32,000 nucleotides of DNA from Methylophaga frappieri (GTDB lineage: Bacteria; Pseudomonadota; Gammaproteobacteria; Nitrosococcales; Methylophagaceae), in contig NC_017856.1 in NCBI RefSeq assembly GCF_000260965.1, forward strand, positions 330,001 through 362,000. Reading direction: 5' to 3'. The position numbers and the translations under genes are program-made. Below are positions 7,372 to 16,741 of the stretch, one piece after another; positions within the stretch are counted from its first letter, which is position 1; each line of letters opens with the position of its first letter. The notes beneath the pieces are model-generated. The model did no database searches, had not been told where the DNA came from, and saw only the letters and a list, made by a program, of their open reading frames with translations.

Positions 7372-8798
7372 ATTGCCCTGCCGTGATCGTGGATCTCAAC
7401 AAGATGACTATGCAGGCTTTTGATAGCAGCATCATAATCATCTTCATCAATAATAAACTGCATATCCACCTGTCGCATAGACTGGTGCATCGCCAACACA
7501 CTGATATTTTTTTCAGCAAGAGCCGAGACTGTTTTCGCCAAAATACCCGGAATTTTCATATCGCTACCGATCGCAGAGACGATAGACACTTTTTGCTGAT
7601 TAATTTCCGCTTCGGGGAATACTTCATGCAAAGCATCACGAATCCGACGAATGGTTTTCAAGCTGGCTGATAAATAATGCGTAATGGTATTGGCATTAAT
7701 GTCTTTGGAGATAATATGCGCTCTAAAGCGACGTATCATCGCCAAAATTTCGGTGTCATAGCGATGCAGGTTACCGGCCATGTCCTGATCAAATACTTCA
7801 AAGGCAAAGACCCCTTTACAGCCAGCAATAATCTCAACGCAAGGTTTACTGCTGACATAACTGCCAGTAATCAGTGTACCCGCATGCTCGGGTTCAAAAG
7901 TATTGCGAACACGCAATGGAATATCGTTTTGCCGGAGACCTTTCGCCGCTTTGGGATGAATGGCTTCCATCCCTAAATTAGCAAGTTGATCCGCGACATC
8001 ATAATTGGTACGGCCAATTGGCACGGCATTTTCTTCGCCTACCAGACGCGGATCGGCACTACTCAGGTGAAATTCTTTATGAATGATTGCCTCGCTGGCC
8101 TCCGTCAAAACCGCAATTCGGCTAAACGTCATTTCGCTGTAACCCCGATCAAAAGTTGACATCAGGCCATCAGCGCTGTGCGCGTAACCGGTCACAATCG
8201 GTAATTGCGAACTGAGATCAATGTCGGCAAAGGCTTTTTCGATTCGCGTATCCAAAGCCATGTGCTTATCTGTTTGCCAACCAGTCAGGTCTACAAAAAC
8301 CGCATTGATTCCGTCTTTCTTCAAAAGCTGTGCGGTATTCCAGGCGCTATGTGCTTCACCGATACTGGCGAGCATTTCTCTGACCGTAGACAAGTGTTGA
8401 TCTAGTTCAAAATGGCCATGCTGGCATAACCGCTGCAGATCCGCGAGTACCCGTTCTGCATCATCCAGACGTTCACAAATAAACTCATCGGCCTCATCGG
8501 CAAGTTTGGCCTCACCAAACAGTTGCTTATTAATGCTGAGAATTTCAGTACGAAGCGATTGCATGGCCTCCTGCCAGTTATCTTCATTAACACTGTTAGC
8601 AAACTCAGCATAAACACCAGCATGGCCGTTTTTTTTGTGTTCAAGCAGCATATTGGTAATACCGCCGTAGGCGGAAACCACAAAAATGCGTTGAAACAAG
8701 TCTTCACCATGCACTGGTTTAAGAATGATATTGTCACGAACTGCGACATAATCACTCATGGATGTGCCACCAATTTTTTCAACAGTATGAAAAGTCAT
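7356..8798 (-). CDS. ask: Aspartate kinase, ectoine-cluster-associated (Ask_Ect type)
   Basis: 480-aa ORF. The N-terminus is MTFHTVEKIGGTSMSDY and the C-terminus has ACT-like domains. It lies immediately downstream of ectC. Confidence 0.9.
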   Translation of the reverse strand: MTFHTVEKIGGTSMSDYVAVRDNIILKPVHGEDLFQRIFVVSAYGGITNMLLEHKKNGHAGVYAEFANSVNEDNWQEAMQSLRTEILSINKQLFGEAKLADEADEFICERLDDAERVLADLQRLCQHGHFELDQHLSTVREMLASIGEAHSAWNTAQLLKKDGINAVFVDLTGWQTDKHMALDTRIEKAFADIDLSSQLPIVTGYAHSADGLMSTFDRGYSEMTFSRIAVLTEASEAIIHKEFHLSSADPRLVGEENAVPIGRTNYDVADQLANLGMEAIHPKAAKGLRQNDIPLRVRNTFEPEHAGTLITGSYVSSKPCVEIIAGCKGVFAFEVFDQDMAGNLHRYDTEILAMIRRFRAHIISKDINANTITHYLSASLKTIRRIRDALHEVFPEAEINQQKVSIVSAIGSDMKIPGILAKTVSALAEKNISVLAMHQSMRQVDMQFIIDEDDYDAAIKSLHSHLVEIHDHGRAICLAG

Positions 8799-8836
8799 AT
8801 GGGGTGCGTGCCCTTGCCGGGCAACAATCCTCCTGT

Positions 8837-9241
8837 TTATTCAGTTATGGTATCCGCGTCCAGTTCATAGGCGCCTTCTGCATTGTGTACTTCAGTGCCA
8901 TTTAACGGCGGGTTGAAGACACAAACCAGTTTAAGCTCCTTGAATGCCCGCAAAATATGTTTGTCATGCAGGTTGAGGTTATAAAGCGTGCCTGGCGTAA
9001 TTGCATATTTTTTACCATCATCCAGTGTTTCCACTTCGCCTTCGCCACTTACGCAATAGACCGACTCTAAATGGTTTTGGTAATGCATCCGAAAGTCAGC
9101 ACCGGCATAAATCGTCGTGACATGAAACGAATAACCCATGCCGTCCTCTTTAAGCAGCATGCGCGTGCTTTCCCAGTTACCATCTGGCGAGACAATGCGC
9201 CGATTTGATTTTTCTGCTTCCTGTAATTGTCTGACAATCAT
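8837..9241 (-). CDS. ectC: L-ectoine synthase
   Basis: Cupin-type protein MIVRQLQEAEKSNRRIVSPDGNWESTRMLLKEDGMGYSFHVTTIYAG... with a strong SD (AGGAGTCATT-ATG) at ATG 9241. The ORF-track N-terminal extension to 9289 runs through an intergenic hairpin and is rejected. Confidence 0.93.
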   Translation of the reverse strand: MIVRQLQEAEKSNRRIVSPDGNWESTRMLLKEDGMGYSFHVTTIYAGADFRMHYQNHLESVYCVSGEGEVETLDDGKKYAITPGTLYNLNLHDKHILRAFKELKLVCVFNPPLNGTEVHNAEGAYELDADTITE

Positions 9242-9269
9242 AATGACTCCTGAAATACTGAGAGACAAA

Positions 9270-9292
9270 CTGGTGGCAAACGCTGCCACCAG
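9270..9292 (-). promoter_or_regulatory. Perfect 9-bp stem / 5-nt loop hairpin between ectB and ectC
   Basis: ctggtggca-aacgc-tgccaccag. On the transcript it is followed by UUUGUCUCUC and then the ectC SD. Confidence 0.6.
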
Positions 9293-9307
9293 TAGAAAAT
9301 TTGCTGA

Positions 9308-10636
9308 TTAATGGGTTTTGCCGGCTTCTTCGCTGACCGAATATTCCCCTTCAAAAAAGTCTTTTTCTTCCGGAATTTCGTCGGCTTTGGCACAAACTTC
9401 CTTAATTGCCTGCTCCAGAATATCGATACCTTTGTTTAAATTTTCATCAGAAATCGTCAGTGGGCATAAAAACTTCACCACATGGTCATCGGCGCCACTG
9501 GTCTCAATGATCAATCCTTTCTGGAAGCATTTACGGGTAATTTGTCCAGCCAGTTCACCACTGACACAGTTAATGCCCCGGAACATGCCGCGGCCATGAG
9601 AATTGAAATTACCTTCACCGTATTTGGCAACAATCTCATCCACACGCTCAGCAATTAACCAGCCTTTACGCTGCACATCTTTGGCAAATGTGTCATCTTT
9701 CCAGAAATGATCAATCGCAGCTTTGGCTGTTACGAAAGCATGGTTATTGCCTCGGAATGTTCCGTTATGTTCACCCGGCGACCATTGGTCGACTTCTGGC
9801 TTCATTAACACCACGGCAAATGGCAAACCATAGCCACTTAATGATTTCGATAAGGTAACAATATCAGGATAGATGCCCGCCTCTTCGAAGCTGAAGAAAG
9901 CTCCTGTTCGACCACAACCCGCCTGAATATCATCAACGATCAATAACACATCATGGCGTTTACAAATGTCCGACAGGTTTCTTAACCACGTCATTGAGGC
10001 CGCATTAATACCACCCTCACCTTGAACTGTTTCAACGATCACAGCGGCCGGTTTATCTACACCACTACTGGAGTCAGATAGCATCTTGTCCAGTAAATTC
10101 GTGGTATCGACATCATCACCAAGGTAACCATCATAGGGAATACGGGTCGAACCATGCAGCGCAATGCCGGCACCACCACGATGCGTAGAGTTGCCCGTCA
10201 CCGAGAGTGATCCGAGACTCTGACCATGCCAGCCATTAGTGAAGGAAATGATATTTTCTCTACCCGTTTTTTTACGGGCGATTTTCAGTGCTGCTTCTAC
10301 TGCATTAGTCCCAGTTGGGCCAGTAAACATCACGATATAATCCAAATCACGCGGCTTGAGAATGTACTCATTAAAGCTTTCCAGAAACTCGCCCTTGGCA
10401 CGACTATGCAAGTCAAGCCCTTGCGTAATACCATCGTTTTGGATGTATTCCAATAATTTTTCTTTGAATACTGGATGATTATGGCCGTAATTCAGAGAGC
10501 CGGCCCCCGCCAGAAAATCGATATATTGGTTGCCATCCAAATCATAAATAATTTCCCCCTGAGCACGGTCGAATACACGGGGGAATGCACGGGCATAAGA
10601 TCGGACTTCGGATTCGATTTCTTCAAAGATTTTCAT
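9308..10636 (-). CDS. ectB: Diaminobutyrate--2-oxoglutarate transaminase
   Basis: 442-aa class-III PLP aminotransferase (MKIFEEIESEVRSYARAFPRVF...LIVDDIQAGCGRTGAFFSFE...TLSKSLSG) located between ectA and ectC. Confidence 0.95.
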   Translation of the reverse strand: MKIFEEIESEVRSYARAFPRVFDRAQGEIIYDLDGNQYIDFLAGAGSLNYGHNHPVFKEKLLEYIQNDGITQGLDLHSRAKGEFLESFNEYILKPRDLDYIVMFTGPTGTNAVEAALKIARKKTGRENIISFTNGWHGQSLGSLSVTGNSTHRGGAGIALHGSTRIPYDGYLGDDVDTTNLLDKMLSDSSSGVDKPAAVIVETVQGEGGINAASMTWLRNLSDICKRHDVLLIVDDIQAGCGRTGAFFSFEEAGIYPDIVTLSKSLSGYGLPFAVVLMKPEVDQWSPGEHNGTFRGNNHAFVTAKAAIDHFWKDDTFAKDVQRKGWLIAERVDEIVAKYGEGNFNSHGRGMFRGINCVSGELAGQITRKCFQKGLIIETSGADDHVVKFLCPLTISDENLNKGIDILEQAIKEVCAKADEIPEEKDFFEGEYSVSEEAGKTH

Positions 10637-10674
10637 TGATATCTCCTAATATAAATTCTGCTTGAGCAAGTCTT

Positions 10675-11193
10675 TTATGCATTAGCTGCTTTAAAGGGAC
10701 CCACTTTCACCAACATTTCCGTTTTGTGCTGACCGGCAAAGTGTTGTTGCTCGTCAAAAAACACACTGTGACTAATCTGGGTATCCAATTTTCTGGTCAA
10801 ACTTTCAAATAATGCCCATGATGCTTTGTTGTCAGGTGTGATGGTGGTATGAATAAACTTAATGTCTTTGTTATCTGGGCGATTCAGGATGCTCAGTAAC
10901 ATGCGCTTAGCTAAGCCCTTACCCCGTGCCGACTCACCGACAGCTACCTGCCATACGAATAATGTGTCGGGCTGATCTGGAATTCGATAGCCCGAGATAA
11001 ACCCCACTACATTGCCATCCATCGTGGCAGCAACCGAAGTCGAAGCAAAGTGACTGGCTTGCAACAGATTGCAATACATGGAATTCGTATCGAGTGGCGG
11101 ACAAGCCGCAATTAATTTATGAACTTCGGCCCCCAACTCAGCGTGAGGGGCGATAAGCGATATGTCATCTGAAGCGTTGTTTGATTTAGGCAT
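10675..11193 (-). CDS. ectA: L-2,4-diaminobutyrate acetyltransferase
   Basis: 172-aa GNAT protein (VWQVAVGESARGKGLAKRMLLSIL) and first gene of ectABC. Confidence 0.93.
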   Translation of the reverse strand: MPKSNNASDDISLIAPHAELGAEVHKLIAACPPLDTNSMYCNLLQASHFASTSVAATMDGNVVGFISGYRIPDQPDTLFVWQVAVGESARGKGLAKRMLLSILNRPDNKDIKFIHTTITPDNKASWALFESLTRKLDTQISHSVFFDEQQHFAGQHKTEMLVKVGPFKAANA

Positions 11194-11432
11194 AATTACA
11201 TCTTATTCAATTATTTATACATCAATATAGTTTTAACCATTTAACACGTATTATTAAACTTAAATTTCGTTAAATTATTGATTAACATATTGATATTTTG
11301 AAAACGCAAATGTATAGTACACTAAGTATTTTTCATTATCAAGCCAGCAAACTTAGTGAAACATCATTTGATGTCACATTAATTAAATGAATCCGTTGGT
11401 GAAAAAGACAAAGCGAGGGGTCGATTGTACCT
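11194..11432. promoter_or_regulatory. Divergent ectA / ectR control region
   Basis: 239-bp very AT-rich spacer between divergent ectA and ectR. It contains a 6-2-6 palindrome ACATCA-TT-TGATGT at 11361..11374 and inverted ATCAATAT (about 11221) / ATATTGAT (about 11287) copies. Confidence 0.55.
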
Positions 11433-12017
11433 ATGCTGAATCAGATACCAATTAATACCGAAGTACTGGATGAATTAGCGCTCAGTCCATCTGAGAAGGA
11501 AAATCTTTTGAACTATATTGAAGAAGTATTAGTTGCCTTGCGTCGAGTTATCCGGGCTACTGACTTGCACTCCAAATATTTAGCAAAAACGACTGGGTTA
11601 ACTGCTCCACAAATTTTATTGCTGCAGACTTTACGTGATAAAGGTCAACTGACCATCGGTGAGTTAGCGCATGACATGAGCCTTAGCCAAGCGACTGTGA
11701 CTAGCATTTTGGACAGACTTGAAAAAAGAATACTGGTCGTTCGCAAGCGCTCACAAACGGATAAACGTAAAGTTCATGTTTACCTTACAGAAGCGTCCTT
11801 AGAAATGCTTAAAAGCGCGCCCATCCCTTTGCAAGACAGGTTCACACGGGAATTCAGCAAACTTCAGGAATGGGAGCAAACCATGATTATCTCATCACTT
11901 AAACGCGTCGCACAGATGATGGATGCACAGCATTTGGAGGTTGCACCTTTGCTTGAAATCGACCTCCTAGATGAGGATTTATCGGCTTCGCATTCCACTA
12001 AAAAAACTAAAAATTAA
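11433..12017 (+). CDS. ectR: MarR-family transcriptional regulator (EctR-like)
   Basis: 194-aa ORF with a winged-helix MarR core (LTAPQILLLQTLRDKGQLTIGELAHDMSLSQATVTSILDRLEKRILVVRKRSQTDKRKVHVYLT). It is divergent from ectABC-ask, as described for EctR in halotolerant methylotrophs. Confidence 0.8.
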   Translation: MLNQIPINTEVLDELALSPSEKENLLNYIEEVLVALRRVIRATDLHSKYLAKTTGLTAPQILLLQTLRDKGQLTIGELAHDMSLSQATVTSILDRLEKRILVVRKRSQTDKRKVHVYLTEASLEMLKSAPIPLQDRFTREFSKLQEWEQTMIISSLKRVAQMMDAQHLEVAPLLEIDLLDEDLSASHSTKKTKN

Positions 12018-12019
12018 CT

Positions 12020-13066
12020 TTAGGGTGCCGGGTTAGGAAACCGCTGGTGAATAGCTTCGATTTCTGCCAATACCTCTGCTGACAAATTGAGCTTTTGACT
12101 CGCAATGTTATCTTGCAACTGCGCCATCGTGGTTGCGCCAATAATGGTAGCGGCATTAAACGAACGACTATTCACATAGGCTAACGCCATTTGTGACGGA
12201 TCCAAATCATTAGCTTTTGCCAACTCAACGTAGGCTTTCGTTGCTTGAATTGCTTGGGGATTTGTATATCGCGCGTAATGCGGCCACAGAGTAAGCCTTG
12301 CTTGCGCAGGTTGGTTCGCATTTAGATACTTGCCACTCAACACACCAAATCCAAGTGGCGAATACGAGAGTAAACTGATTTGCTCGCGATAACTGATTTC
12401 TGCACCACCAATTTCATAGCTACGATTTAACAGACTGTAGGGGTTTTGTACCGACACAATTTCTGGCAGACCGAGCTGTCGTGCCACCAGTGTAAACTGC
12501 ATGATTCCCCATGGGGTCTCATTGGACAGGCCAATATAGCGAATTTTACCGGCGTCAATGTGTTTTTTCAGTGCTTGTAATGTTTCCACAACGGGCGTCA
12601 TGGTTGATTCATCAACGGGTGCTTGAAAGCCCAATTTGCCAAAATAGTTCGTTTGGCGTTCAGGCCAATGCAACTGGTACAAATCCAGAAAATCCGTTTG
12701 CAGGCGAGACAGGCTGTCATGTAATGCCGCGTCAATATGACTCGCGTCGAATCGACTGTTTCCGCCACGAATATGGGGAATCCAGTCTGGTCCTGGTCCG
12801 GCAATTTTGCTGGCAAGCACAATATCCTCGCGACGACCACGCTGTTGCAACCAGTGGCCAACAATACGCTCAGTTTCACCGTAGGTCTCTGCCTTTGGTG
12901 GAATGGCATATAACTCTGCGGTATCAATAAAGTTGACGCCTTCACTGAGCGCATAGTCAAGCTGTGCGCAGCCTTCTGACAGCGTATTTTGCTGACCAAA
13001 AGTCATTGTGCCAAGGCAAATCTGGCTGACGATCAGATCACTGTGACCAAGTTGATTACGTTGCAT
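12020..13066 (-). CDS. tas: NADP(H)-dependent aldo/keto reductase Tas
   Basis: Near-collinear with E. coli Tas as I remember it (LGTMTFGQQN..., LQTDFLDLYQLHWPERQTNYFGKLG..., IRYIGLSNETPWG..., QNPYSLLNRS..., EIEAIHQRFPNPAP). ATG 13066 is preceded by GGAG. The ORF-track start at 13108 is probably too long. Confidence 0.88.
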   Translation of the reverse strand: MQRNQLGHSDLIVSQICLGTMTFGQQNTLSEGCAQLDYALSEGVNFIDTAELYAIPPKAETYGETERIVGHWLQQRGRREDIVLASKIAGPGPDWIPHIRGGNSRFDASHIDAALHDSLSRLQTDFLDLYQLHWPERQTNYFGKLGFQAPVDESTMTPVVETLQALKKHIDAGKIRYIGLSNETPWGIMQFTLVARQLGLPEIVSVQNPYSLLNRSYEIGGAEISYREQISLLSYSPLGFGVLSGKYLNANQPAQARLTLWPHYARYTNPQAIQATKAYVELAKANDLDPSQMALAYVNSRSFNAATIIGATTMAQLQDNIASQKLNLSAEVLAEIEAIHQRFPNPAP

Positions 13067-13186
13067 GAAAACTCCATTAACACCCGGCAGCATGTGCACA
13101 CGCGTCATGATGCACGATAAAAGTATTCAGGGTAACAAAATTCACCGAGTTCAGATCACAGCCAAATATTAAATAACCGGGCGTAA

Positions 13187-14092
13187 TCAGTTTTGAAATG
13201 TATTACAGCGATCCGGATCGCCAGACTCAAAGCCGATGGTGAACCAACCTACTCGCTGTTGTGAGGACCCATGGGTAAAAGAGTCAGGACTGACATACCC
13301 CCTTGACTGCTTTTGCAGCGTATCATCACCAATGGCACTGGCCGCTCTCAACCCCTCTTCAATATCACCCGCTTCCAGTAATTGTCGCTCTTTATCGGCA
13401 TGATGTGCCCAAACGCCAGCAAAACAATCCGCCTGCAACTCTTGCTTAACAGATAATTTATTGCCTTCCACCTCACTCAGTCGGCTGCGCTGTGAATGCA
13501 CTTTTTGAGAAATGCCTAACAGCGTCTGCACATGGTGACCCACTTCATGGGCAATCACATATGCCTGTGCAAAATCACCAGGCGCTTTAAATTGATTCTT
13601 TAGTTGATCATAAAAACTCAAATCAATATAAACCTGCTGATCCGCCGGACAATAAAAAGGCCCCATCGCCGACTGACCTAGACCGCAAGCGGATTGAACC
13701 GCATTACGAAATAACACCAGTTTCGGCTGCTGATAGGTTAAATCACGTGCTTTAAATAAAGCGGTCCAGGTATCTTCCGTATCTGCCAGAACAACCGAAA
13801 CAAAATCAACCTGCTCTTTTTCAGCAGCCGTTTCCTGATATGGTTCAGACTGGACTGACGTCGGGCCAGCAGACATGCCAATTACTGATAATAAGGTTTG
13901 TAAATTACCGGTAAATGCCGCAAAGCCCACCACCCCGACAATCAATATCAAAGTGCCTTTAAAGCCCAATAGCTTAAATACCGCGGGTAACAGGCGAATC
14001 AGACCCGAGCCACCAGCACCAGACAGGCCAGACATCCGTTGACCACGCCGGTTATCAATATTGCTGCTTCTGCGATTACCACGCCATCTCAT
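13187..14092 (-). CDS. ypfJ: YpfJ-family neutral zinc metallopeptidase
   Basis: The protein starts [18 protein letters not shown]..., has a TM segment and carries the HExxH motif (AHEVGHHVQ). The ORF-track extension to 14221 reads through the tRNA-Pro gene and is rejected. Confidence 0.85.
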   Translation of the reverse strand: MRWRGNRRSSNIDNRRGQRMSGLSGAGGSGLIRLLPAVFKLLGFKGTLILIVGVVGFAAFTGNLQTLLSVIGMSAGPTSVQSEPYQETAAEKEQVDFVSVVLADTEDTWTALFKARDLTYQQPKLVLFRNAVQSACGLGQSAMGPFYCPADQQVYIDLSFYDQLKNQFKAPGDFAQAYVIAHEVGHHVQTLLGISQKVHSQRSRLSEVEGNKLSVKQELQADCFAGVWAHHADKERQLLEAGDIEEGLRAASAIGDDTLQKQSRGYVSPDSFTHGSSQQRVGWFTIGFESGDPDRCNTFQN

Positions 14093-14176
14093 AACGGCAT
14101 CATACCTAATCAAAGAAGTAGCAATATAGCATAATGAAAAGGTTAAACTGGTTAAGGAAAAATGGTAAATAGAAAT

Positions 14177-14253
14177 TGGTCGGGACAGAAGGATTTGAAC
14201 CTTCGACCCCTTGCACCCCATGCAAGTGCGCTACCAGGCTGCGCCATGCCCCG
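14177..14253 (-). tRNA. tRNA-Pro (anticodon GGG)
   Basis: Reverse complement: CGGGGCATGGCGCAGCCTGGTAGCGCACTTGCATGGGGTGCAAGGGGTCGAAGGTTCAAATCCTTCTGTCCCGACCA. It folds as a cloverleaf with a 7-bp acceptor stem (one G-U), anticodon loop AU-GGG-GU, and an encoded CCA. Confidence 0.93.
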
Positions 14254-14310
14254 ACGAATGTGTTAACTGTGTGCTGTCCGGAACCGGACGAGATTAACGA
14301 CGGCAAGTAT

Positions 14311-14345
14311 ATTAGCAAACCCCGACCTGGTTGAACAGGTCGGGG
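14311..14345 (-). terminator. Putative rho-independent terminator of ppsA
   Basis: 10-bp perfect stem ccccgacctg / caggtcgggg (14320..14345) with a 6-nt loop, 18 nt after the ppsA stop. The U-tract is short (UUUGCU). Confidence 0.5.
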
Positions 14346-14363
14346 AAGTGCAATAATCGCGTT

Positions 14364-16736
14364 TTATTTATTAGCGTTCATTTCTGACAGTTGCTGCCAG
14401 GTGCTAACAACGGTATCCGGGTTCAGCGAGATACTGCTGATACCACGCTCCAGCAGCCATTCCGCCAGATCGGGATGATCAGATGGACCTTGACCACAGA
14501 TACCAACGTATTTACCGGCATCACGGCAGGCTTTGATCGCCATATCCAGCATTTTCAGAACCGCAGGGTTACGCTCATCAAATGATTCGGCTACCAAGGC
14601 TGAGTCACGATCCAGACCCAATGTCAGCTGAGTCATGTCGTTTGAGCCGATAGAGAAACCATCGAAGTATTCGAGGAAATCTTCGGCCAGAACTGCGTTT
14701 GAAGGCAGTTCACACATCATGATCAGACGCAGACCGTTCTTGCCACGTTCCAAACCGTTCTCTTTCAGAATCTTGACGACAGAATCCGCTTCTTTAGTGG
14801 TACGAACGAACGGGATCATCAGTTCCACGTTAGTCAGACCCATTTCGTCACGGACGCGTTTCATCGCTTCGGCTTCCAGTTTGAAGCACTCGGCAAAGTC
14901 GTCAGAGCTGTAACGTGATGCGCCACGGAAACCAATCATCGGGTTTTCTTCATGTGGTTCAAACAGCGGGCCACCAATCAGGTTAGCGTATTCGTTTGAT
15001 TTGAAGTCCGACATACGAACAATAACGGTTTCTGGGTAGAAAGCAGCAGCGATAGTCGCGACACCTTCTGCAATACGGCTGATGTAGAACTCAACTGGAT
15101 CACCGTAAGCGGTAGTACGTTCAACAATCGCTTGTTTGACGTCACCTTCCATTTGGTCCGCATTCATCAACGCTTTCGGGTGGATACCGATCATGTTGTT
15201 GATGATGAATTCCAAACGGGCCAGACCCACACCTTTGTTCGGCAGTTGGGCAAAGCTGAATGCACGGTCAGGGTTTCCAACATTCATCATGATTTTGACT
15301 GGCAGTTCAGGCATGTTGTCGAGTTCTTCGACTTTATGTTCGAACTCAAGCAGCCCCTCGTAAATATTACCTTCGTCACCTTGTGCACAAGAGACGGTCA
15401 CGTTGCTGCCTTCGACAACTTTCTCAGTCGCATCACCACAACCAACCACAGCCGGAATACCCAGTTCACGCGCGATGATCGCCGCGTGGCAGGTACGACC
15501 GCCACGGTTGGTGATGATCGCAGAGGCACGTTTCATGATCGGTTCCCAATCCGGGTCGGTCATGTCTGTCAGCAGCACATCGCCAGCTTCGAACTTGTCC
15601 ATTTGCTCCAGGCTGTTCAGCAAACGCACTTTACCCTGGCCAATCTTGCTACCAATCGCACGACCAACGGCCAGCAGGTTGCCTTCTTGTTTCAGCGCGT
15701 AAGATTCACGGACATTTTTCTTGGTGCGACTTTGAACGGTTTCAGGGCGTGCCTGAACGATGTAAATGCGGCCATCGTTGCCGTCTTTGGCCCACTCAAC
15801 GTCCATCGGACGCTGATAGTGTTTTTCAATAGTGACGACCATTTCTGCCAAAGCTTCAACTTCTTTGTCACTCAGACAGAAGTGCAGACGGTCATTACCT
15901 TCAACATCGATGGTTTTAACCGGTGATTCAGCCTCACCTGAGTACACCATCTTGATCGCTTTCTGGCCAACGGTACGGCGCAGAACAGCAGGACGGCCTT
16001 CAGCCAGCGTTTGTTTGTGAACGTAAAATTCATCAGGGTTAACCGCACCCTGTACCACCATTTCACCCAGACCGTAACTGCCTGTTACAAAGACGACGTC
16101 ACGGAAACCGCTTTCGGTATCGAGTGAAAACGCCACACCGGCACTGGCGATATCAGAACGTACCATCTTCTGTACACCGGCAGACAGAGCCACTTCAGAG
16201 TGGTCAAAGCCTTGGTGATCGCGGTAGGCAATCGCGCGGTCATTAAACAATGACGCGAATACTTCACGAATTTGCTTTTTGATATTGTCGAGGCCAGACA
16301 CATTGAGGAAAGTTTCTTGCTGACCCGCAAATGACGCATCAGGTAAATCTTCTGCGGTGGCTGATGAACGCACAGCGTAGGTGGTCTCTGAGCCATATTC
16401 TTTTTCCAGACCGATATAGGCTTCGTCGATGGCTTTTTCCATCGCTTCCGGATACGGAATGGTCATGATCCAGTCACGAATTTCGCGACCGGTTTTTTGC
16501 AAAGCAATAACATCATCGACATCCAACTCACGTAACCGCGCGTTAATTTTATCCTGCAAACCATCGTGGGCAAGGAATTCTCTGTAAGCGTCCGCTGTGG
16601 TGGCAAAACCACTTGGAACAGCAACGCCAAGCGGCGCCAAGTTTTGCAGCATTTCACCAAGAGAAGCATTTTTGCCCCCTACCCGGTTAACATCTTCCAT
16701 GCATAACTTATCCAGGGAAATTACATATTCGGTCAT
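14364..16736 (-). CDS. ppsA: Phosphoenolpyruvate synthase
   Basis: 790-aa ORF with an ATP-grasp N-terminus, the phospho-histidine swivel motif ([21 protein letters not shown]) and a PEP-utilising TIM-barrel C-terminus. Confidence 0.97.
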   Translation of the reverse strand: MTEYVISLDKLCMEDVNRVGGKNASLGEMLQNLAPLGVAVPSGFATTADAYREFLAHDGLQDKINARLRELDVDDVIALQKTGREIRDWIMTIPYPEAMEKAIDEAYIGLEKEYGSETTYAVRSSATAEDLPDASFAGQQETFLNVSGLDNIKKQIREVFASLFNDRAIAYRDHQGFDHSEVALSAGVQKMVRSDIASAGVAFSLDTESGFRDVVFVTGSYGLGEMVVQGAVNPDEFYVHKQTLAEGRPAVLRRTVGQKAIKMVYSGEAESPVKTIDVEGNDRLHFCLSDKEVEALAEMVVTIEKHYQRPMDVEWAKDGNDGRIYIVQARPETVQSRTKKNVRESYALKQEGNLLAVGRAIGSKIGQGKVRLLNSLEQMDKFEAGDVLLTDMTDPDWEPIMKRASAIITNRGGRTCHAAIIARELGIPAVVGCGDATEKVVEGSNVTVSCAQGDEGNIYEGLLEFEHKVEELDNMPELPVKIMMNVGNPDRAFSFAQLPNKGVGLARLEFIINNMIGIHPKALMNADQMEGDVKQAIVERTTAYGDPVEFYISRIAEGVATIAAAFYPETVIVRMSDFKSNEYANLIGGPLFEPHEENPMIGFRGASRYSSDDFAECFKLEAEAMKRVRDEMGLTNVELMIPFVRTTKEADSVVKILKENGLERGKNGLRLIMMCELPSNAVLAEDFLEYFDGFSIGSNDMTQLTLGLDRDSALVAESFDERNPAVLKMLDMAIKACRDAGKYVGICGQGPSDHPDLAEWLLERGISSISLNPDTVVSTWQQLSEMNANK

Positions 16737-16741
16737 GACGA

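Noticed and set aside
13187-14221. The ORF-track 344-aa version of the zinc peptidase, with N-terminus [15 protein letters not shown]...
   Set aside because: The first 43 codons are the reverse-strand reading of the tRNA-Pro gene and its flank (14177-14253). Homology to YpfJ starts at [10 protein letters not shown] (ATG 14092).
15132-15926. A 264-aa plus-strand ORF antisense to ppsA. Similar antisense ORFs occur at 20401-20823 (pheT), 12511-12930 (tas), 7257-7670 (ask/TPR) and 24603-24941 (thrS).
   Set aside because: Each lies entirely inside a strongly supported gene on the other strand. Their compositions (runs of D/R/T/F/V, no recognisable motifs) are typical of shadow ORFs.
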